Shown here piece by piece: positions 59,192 through 64,000 of a DNA stretch of 64,000 nt. The notes under the pieces were generated by a model. That model worked only from the letters and a program-made list of their open reading frames with translations. It had not been told where the DNA came from and ran no database searches. The stretch spans positions 8,199-72,198 of the forward strand of contig JACIWU010000006.1 in the NCBI GenBank assembly GCA_014360805.1, read 5' to 3'. The number at the start of each line of letters is the position of its first letter. Position 1 is the first letter of the stretch. The translations under genes and the position numbers were made by a program. This DNA comes from Chloroflexota bacterium (GTDB taxonomy: Bacteria; Chloroflexota; Anaerolineae; DTLA01).

Positions 59192-59400
59192 CACGAATCC
59201 GCACGAATGGGGAATAGGTGTAGACCCGTAGGGCGGCTTTCCATAGCCGCCGGAAGGGACAGGTATGGAAACCTGCCCCTACGGTTGCCATCCACGAATA
59301 ACGCGAATGCGCACGAATGGGGAATGGATACGTAGGGCGGCTTTCCATGGCCGCCGGAGGGAGGGGGCAGGTGTGGGAACCTGCCCTCCTCGTTTCCACC
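59180..59400 (+). repeat. tandem composite repeat: two copies of [family B ATCCACGAATAAC(A/G)CGAAT..GCACGAATGGGGAAT + family A GTAGGGCGGCTTTCCAT(A/G)GCCGCC + GGCAGGT.TGG.AACCTGCC hairpin]
   Basis: Copy 1 spans about 59180-59285 and copy 2 about 59289-59390. Each contains the same three sub-elements in the same order. Confidence 0.85.
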
Positions 59401-59436
59401 GAGAAGGGCACGGGCACTACCGCCCTGTTGCCAGAT

Positions 59437-59465
59437 TTGCGCGGTCGGTTCAAGTGTGCTATAAT
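59437..59465 (+). promoter_or_regulatory. sigma-70-like promoter TTGCGC-17-TATAAT for rpsO
   Basis: TTGCGC at 59437-59442 and TATAAT at 59460-59465. TAAGGAGG and GTG 59514 lie downstream. Confidence 0.5.
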
Positions 59466-59513
59466 GCGGCCAGAAAGGGTTTGATTTGAGCCATGAGCGT
59501 TAAGGAGGACAGC

Positions 59514-59783
59514 GTGCCGCTCACGAAGTCTGAGAAAGACAACATCATCCAGCAATATCACATGCATCCGGCCGACACCGGTTCGCCCGAGGTGCAGATT
59601 GCGCTGTTGACCACTCGCATCAATCAGTTGATTGAGCACCTGAAGGTGCACAAGCACGACGAGCACTCCAGGCGAGGGCTGCTGAAACTGGTTGGGCAGA
59701 GGCGTCGCCACCTGGCCTATCTGAGCCGCAAGGACGTCAATCGCTATCGGGCGATTGTGGATCGGCTTGGCTTGCGCAAGTAA
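59514..59783 (+). CDS. rpsO: 30S ribosomal protein S15 (89 aa)
   Basis: ORF 59493..59783. GTG 59514 lies 5 nt after TAAGGAGG and gives the canonical length. [48 protein letters not shown] is the S15 signature. Confidence 0.95.
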   Translation: MPLTKSEKDNIIQQYHMHPADTGSPEVQIALLTTRINQLIEHLKVHKHDEHSRRGLLKLVGQRRRHLAYLSRKDVNRYRAIVDRLGLRK

Positions 59784-59816
59784 ATGGCGCCGGTCATCTC
59801 TCTATACGTTTTGGCG

Positions 59817-59854
59817 AAACGAGTAGATGAGCACCACACAGCATCTACTCGTTT
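59817..59854 (+). terminator. rpsO-pnp intergenic stem-loop (attenuator / RNase processing hairpin candidate)
   Basis: 13-14-bp stem AAACGAGTAGATG / CATCTACTCGTTT with a 12-nt loop and no U-tract. A hairpin at this position is a known feature of rpsO-pnp operons. Confidence 0.55.
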
Positions 59855-60026
59855 GACATTCTAGCGCAGGAGGTGTACAAAACTCAAGCGAAAAGACGGC
59901 TGAAACCCTGACAATATGATTTCACCCTGGGGCGGATGGTACAGGAATTGGGGAGTACCTCTCACTCGGTGGGGGATAGTCCCCAGTCCCTGACCTCCGT
60001 ACCCAGGAAACTTACGGAGGTTAGAA

Positions 60027-62225
60027 TTGAATACAGTACACAGATTTACAGCCAAAGTGGGCGAACACGACATCATCGTGGAGACGGGATTGCTCGCCCA
60101 GCAGGCCGGCGGCGCGGTTACAGTGCGCTGCGGCGACACCATGATTTTGGCGACGGCGACCGCATCCAAGGAGCCGCGCGAGGGCGTGGATTTCTTCCCC
60201 CTCACCGTGGACTATGAGGAGCGGCTCTACGCCGCAGGACGTATCCCCGGCGGGTTCTTCAAGCGAGAGGGCAGGCCCTCGGAAGAAGCCATTCTCCTGT
60301 GCCGATTGACGGATCGGCCGCTGCGCCCCTTGTTCCCCAAGGGATTCCGCAACGACGTGCAGATCATCGTTACGGCCCTTTCTGCCGACCAGGAGAACTA
60401 CCTGGACATCCTGTCCATCATCGGCGCGTCGGCGGCCCTCACCATCTCCGACATTCCCTTCCAGGGGCCGGTGGGTGCGGTACGCGTGGGCTACATAGAC
60501 GGCCGCTTCGTCTTCAACCCCACCGCCAGCGAGATGGCCAACAGCGAGATGGACTTGCGCCTGGCGGGTACCGCCGACGCGGTCCTCATGGTGGAAGCGG
60601 GGGCCGACGAAGTGCCCGAAAGCCTCATGCTGGATGCGATCCGCGCGGGCCACGAAGCCATGCAAGACGTGATCCGCATGCAGAACGAGATGGCCGCGGC
60701 CATCGGGAAGCCCAAGCGCGATTTCACGCTGCACGCGGTGCCCGAGGAGACGCGCCAATGGACGCTGGAGCAAATCGGCGACCGAATCCACCAGATTCTG
60801 ACGGCGGGCCTGTCCAAGGAGGAGCGAAACACCGCCCTGGACAACCTGGCGGCGGAGTTGGTGGAGAAGGCGGGCGAGCAGTTCGGGGCCGCCGATGTGA
60901 AAGAGGTGTTTGAGGAGACCCTGCGGGCCGCCATGCGCGCCCAGGTGCTGGACAAAGGCATCCGCGTGGACGGGCGTGGGCTGCGCGACATCCGCCCCAT
61001 CTCGTGCCAGGTCGGCCTGCTGCCTCGCGCTCATGGGTCCGGGCTGTTCACGCGGGGCGAGACACAAGTGCTCACCATCGCCACGCTGGGGACAAGCGCC
61101 GACGAACAGATTTTGGACACGGTGGCGACCGTAGGGGCAAAGCGCTACATGCATCACTACAACTTCCCGCCCTACAGTACAGGCGAAGTGAGACCGTTGC
61201 GCGGGCCCGGCCGCCGCGAGGTGGGCCACGGCGCGCTGGCCGAGCGGGCGTTGCTGCCCGTCATCCCGCCGCAAGAGAGGTTCCCCTACACCATCCGCCT
61301 GGTGTCCGAAGTCCTTTCGTCCAACGGCTCCACGTCCATGGCGTCGGTGTGCGGGAGCACGCTGGCACTGATGGACACGGGCGTCCCCATCAAGGCACCG
61401 GTCGCGGGCGTCGCCATGGGTCTTATCAAGGAGGGCGACCGCTACGCAGTCCTGACCGACATCCTGGGGATGGAAGATCACCTGGGCGACATGGACTTCA
61501 AAGTGGCCGGCACCCGCGAGGGCGTAACGGCCTTGCAGATGGACATCAAGGTCAAGGGTCTGGACTACAACATCCTGGATCAGGCGCTGCAGCAGGCGCA
61601 CGAGGCCCGCATGTACATCCTGGACAGGATGCTGGAGGTCATAGACAAGCCTCGCTCTAGCCTGTCGCCCTTCGCGCCGCGCATCGTCATGGTGAAGATC
61701 CCGCAGGAGAAGATCGGCGCGCTCATCGGCCCGGGCGGCAAGACCATCCGCAGCATCCAGGAGCAGACCGGCGCCAAGATAGATGTGGAAGAGGACGGCA
61801 CGGTGTACATCTCCGCGCTGGAAGGCCCCGGCGGGATGGAGGCCGAACGCATGGTTCGCGCCCTGACCGAGGAGGCTACCATCGGCAAAATCTACACCGG
61901 CAAGGTTGTCCGCACGACGGACTTCGGCGCCTTCGTGGAGATTCTGCCGGGGACCGACGGCCTGGTGCACATCTCGCAGTTGGCCGATTACCGCGTTCCC
62001 AGCGTGGAGGACGTGGTCAAGGTCGGCGACGAGATCATGGTGATGGTCATTGACATAGACAAGGACGGCAAGATCAAGTTGTCGCGGCAGGCCGTGCTGG
62101 AAGGCTGGACGGCGGAGGAAGCCAGGGCGCGCGACCGCAAGCCGAGCGGCGGCCCGAGGCCCGGCGGCGACCGGCCCCGTTCCGGCGGCGACCGCCGCGG
62201 AGGCAGACCCCCGCAGAGGCGATAG
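60027..62225 (+). CDS. pnp: polyribonucleotide nucleotidyltransferase (PNPase; 732 aa)
   Basis: TTG start at 60027, 6 nt after [36 protein letters not shown], two RNase PH domains, KH ([12 protein letters not shown]) and S1 ([18 protein letters not shown]) domains, and an Arg/Gly tail. Confidence 0.95.
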   Translation: MNTVHRFTAKVGEHDIIVETGLLAQQAGGAVTVRCGDTMILATATASKEPREGVDFFPLTVDYEERLYAAGRIPGGFFKREGRPSEEAILLCRLTDRPLRPLFPKGFRNDVQIIVTALSADQENYLDILSIIGASAALTISDIPFQGPVGAVRVGYIDGRFVFNPTASEMANSEMDLRLAGTADAVLMVEAGADEVPESLMLDAIRAGHEAMQDVIRMQNEMAAAIGKPKRDFTLHAVPEETRQWTLEQIGDRIHQILTAGLSKEERNTALDNLAAELVEKAGEQFGAADVKEVFEETLRAAMRAQVLDKGIRVDGRGLRDIRPISCQVGLLPRAHGSGLFTRGETQVLTIATLGTSADEQILDTVATVGAKRYMHHYNFPPYSTGEVRPLRGPGRREVGHGALAERALLPVIPPQERFPYTIRLVSEVLSSNGSTSMASVCGSTLALMDTGVPIKAPVAGVAMGLIKEGDRYAVLTDILGMEDHLGDMDFKVAGTREGVTALQMDIKVKGLDYNILDQALQQAHEARMYILDRMLEVIDKPRSSLSPFAPRIVMVKIPQEKIGALIGPGGKTIRSIQEQTGAKIDVEEDGTVYISALEGPGGMEAERMVRALTEEATIGKIYTGKVVRTTDFGAFVEILPGTDGLVHISQLADYRVPSVEDVVKVGDEIMVMVIDIDKDGKIKLSRQAVLEGWTAEEARARDRKPSGGPRPGGDRPRSGGDRRGGRPPQRR

Positions 62226-62229
62226 GCCC

Positions 62230-62799
62230 ATGATGGAAGACGACGCTCCAGGATTGCCTGAATCGCCAACCGAACCGCCGCAGCAGCGCGCCGGGGCGGG
62301 CTGGTTCCGAGAGTTGTTGGAGACGGTCCTTCCCGCCGTGCTGCTGGCGCTCGTCATCAACCTGTTCCTGGCCCAGGCCACGCGGGTCTTCGGCCAGAGC
62401 ATGGAGCCCAACCTGCACACCGACCAGCGCATCGTGGTGGAGAAACTGTCGTATCGGTTCCACCTGCCGCGGCGAGGGGACGTGGTGGTGCTCAAGTTGC
62501 CCCGCGACCCGTCGGAGTTGCTTATCAAGCGCGTGATCGCGCTTCCGGGCGAGACGGTGGAAATCCGCGATGGCGCGGTCTGGATAGACGGCCAGCCGCT
62601 GGACGAGCCTTACCTGGCGCAGCCCACGGCGGGCCAGATGGCCCCGCTCACGGTGCCCGAAGGGCATGTGTTCGTCCTCGGCGACAACCGAGGCTACAGC
62701 AACGATTCGCGTGCCTTTGGGCCGGTGCCGCTGGAAAACATCCTGGGGCATGCCTGGCTTTCCTACTGGCCGCCTAACGCCATCGGGTTTGTGGACTAG
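62230..62799 (+). CDS. lepB: signal peptidase I (S26; 189 aa)
   Basis: Ser box GQSMEPNL, Lys box IKRVIALPGE, GDNRGYSNDSR box, N-terminal TM. Confidence 0.9.
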   Translation: MMEDDAPGLPESPTEPPQQRAGAGWFRELLETVLPAVLLALVINLFLAQATRVFGQSMEPNLHTDQRIVVEKLSYRFHLPRRGDVVVLKLPRDPSELLIKRVIALPGETVEIRDGAVWIDGQPLDEPYLAQPTAGQMAPLTVPEGHVFVLGDNRGYSNDSRAFGPVPLENILGHAWLSYWPPNAIGFVD

Positions 62800-62809
62800 G
62801 CGGTGAACA

Positions 62810-62839
62810 ACAAGCGCCCGCCCCGTGGTGGGCGCTTGT
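62810..62839 (+). terminator. stem-loop after lepB (weak terminator candidate)
   Basis: 10-bp stem ACAAGCGCCC / GGGCGCTTGT with a 10-nt loop and no U-tract. Confidence 0.35.
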
Positions 62840-62859
62840 GCTACCTTCGGTGAGTTCGC

Positions 62860-64000
62860 ATGGCCGAGCAGAAGTGGAGCGACAGAACAAAGCAGTGGGT
62901 ATTGGCGGGGATTATCGTTCTCACCGCCGTGGCGTTCTACCAGTTCCGGCGCATCCTCACGCCGGTAGTGCTGGCGCTCATCCTCGCCTACGTGCTGAAC
63001 CCCGCCGTGTCGTTTTTGCACCGCAGGCTGCGCGTGCCACGTACGCTGGCGGCGCTGCTGGTCTTGCTCATCCTGCTGGGCCTCATCGCCCTTGTGCCCA
63101 TCCTCATCATCCCCGCGCTGGTGGATCAGGTGCGGGGGCTCAACCTGAACATCCAGCAGATGCTGGATGCGGCCATCTCGTTCCTCAAAGGCCCTATCGT
63201 CATCGCGGGCTTCACCGTTGAGACGGCCCAACTGTACGAGCAACTATCCTCGTCGTTGCAGTCCATGCTCTCCTCAATCGCCACGTCATCCGTGAGCCTG
63301 CTCCTGAACGTCGCCTCCGGCCTGGCGTGGTTCGTCCTCGTCCTGGTGCTGGCGTTCTGGTTCGTGAAGGATGCGCCCTACATCCGCGAGAAGGTCATGG
63401 GGTTGGCCCCCGTGCGCTACCAGCGGGACATGCGGCTGCTCCTGGTGCAGGTGGTGCGCGTCTGGCAGGCGTTCTTCCAGGGACAGTTGATCCTGTGCCT
63501 GGTGGTGGGCGTGGCCGTGGCGGTGGTCATGGCCATTGTCGGCCTGCCCTATGCGCTGCTGATGGGCCTCATCGCCGGCGTGCTGGAACTCATCCCCAAC
63601 GTGGGACCCACGCTCGCCGCCGTGCCGGCCGTTGTGGTGGCGCTCGTGAGCGGCTCCAGTTACCTGCCGCTGACGCCGTTCTGGTTCGCGGTACTGGTGG
63701 CGGGGCTGTACGTTCTCATCCAGCAGGTGGAGAACAACGTGCTGGTCCCGCGCATCATGGGCTATAGCCTGAACCTGCACCCGCTGGTGGTGCTTTTGGG
63801 CGTGCTCATGGGCGCGAGCATGGCCGGGGTGCTGGGCATCTTCCTGGCCGCGCCGACACTGGCCACGCTCCGGGTCATCGGCAGGTACGTGTACCGGAAA
63901 TTGCTGGACCAGGAGCCTTTCCCCGAGGTGGAGCCAAGGCCCACCGCGCCAGAACCACCCATCGGAGCATTACGGCGGGATGTAGTGAAGGCGGTACTCT
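62860..64000 (+). CDS. AI-2E family transporter (PerM/UPF0118-like), 3' end beyond the window
   Basis: Not in the ORF track because no stop lies inside the window. My manual translation from ATG 62860 reads MAEQKWSDRTKQWVLAGIIVLTAVAFYQFRRILTPVVLALILAYVLNP... It has about 8 TM segments and the motifs GVLELIPNVGP and QQVENNVLVPRIMG. Confidence 0.8.
   Translation, partial: MAEQKWSDRTKQWVLAGIIVLTAVAFYQFRRILTPVVLALILAYVLNPAVSFLHRRLRVPRTLAALLVLLILLGLIALVPILIIPALVDQVRGLNLNIQQMLDAAISFLKGPIVIAGFTVETAQLYEQLSSSLQSMLSSIATSSVSLLLNVASGLAWFVLVLVLAFWFVKDAPYIREKVMGLAPVRYQRDMRLLLVQVVRVWQAFFQGQLILCLVVGVAVAVVMAIVGLPYALLMGLIAGVLELIPNVGPTLAAVPAVVVALVSGSSYLPLTPFWFAVLVAGLYVLIQQVENNVLVPRIMGYSLNLHPLVVLLGVLMGASMAGVLGIFLAAPTLATLRVIGRYVYRKLLDQEPFPEVEPRPTAPEPPIGALRRDVVKAVL

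Noticed and set aside
48100-59295. 3731-aa ORF on the minus strand, the second-longest ORF in the track
   Set aside because: It is antisense to three well-supported plus-strand genes (giant DUF11 protein, C25 peptidase, VPKTG protein). Its composition is extremely Arg/Gly/His/Ala/Pro-rich, with no motifs, signal or SD. This is a typical stop-free antisense frame in GC3-biased DNA.
59180-59400. Possible CRISPR array, considered for the repeat islands here and at 20436-20560
   Set aside because: The units are composite and palindromic, there are only two or three copies, there are no regularly sized unique spacers, and no cas genes are nearby. They fit REP/MITE-like repeats instead.
60021-62528. 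835-aa minus-strand ORF
   Set aside because: It is antisense to pnp and lepB, which are unambiguous.

Overview
High-G+C bacterial chromosomal window (mid-60s % by eye, not computed). GC3 bias is strong, so long spurious antisense ORFs are common. I support about 38 protein genes and recognise no rRNA, tRNA, CRISPR array, transposase or integrase. Pro/Thr (TRTPT) linkers, a DUF11-type giant protein, LP-hydrophobic motifs and the repeat-rich intergenic DNA suggest a filamentous Chloroflexota-like organism (inference only).

Gene content, left to right:
- An OmpR-type two-component pair.
- A secreted-protein island: a tail-fibre-like protein plus an SxNY mini-protein, a 1313-aa papain-like protease fused to a LivK-type solute-binding domain, and an IPT/metzincin protease.
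- YcxB-like and J-domain membrane proteins.
- An NB-ARC/TPR STAND (NLR-like) NTPase preceded by a 103-aa two-TM protein.
- Fe-S, ATP-grasp and sphingosine-1-phosphate-lyase-like genes, with a serine-palmitoyltransferase-like gene about 12 kb further on.
- A lower-GC GxxExxY gene bracketed by inverted repeats, then a GPH transporter.
- A tupBCA tungstate operon behind a Moco-type riboswitch candidate.
- A class-III aminotransferase, a DUF362/polyferredoxin pair and housekeeping genes.
- A 16.3-kb gene for a ~5437-aa DUF11-repeat surface protein with five nested jelly-roll inserts, followed by a C25 peptidase and a small Pro/Thr protein.
- rpsO-pnp-lepB and a partial AI-2E transporter.

Two candidate novel systems stand out. 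The top one is the NLR-like pair: the two-TM protein C-terminus shares a 19-aa motif with the NTPase N-terminus, which fits a cell-death or defence module. The second is the giant-protein cluster, where a C25 (gingipain/PorU-like) peptidase and a VPKTG sorting-signal protein follow the giant gene and may form a surface-display module.

Intergenic DNA carries at least four families of palindromic REP-like repeats. Many genes have near-consensus sigma-70-type promoters.
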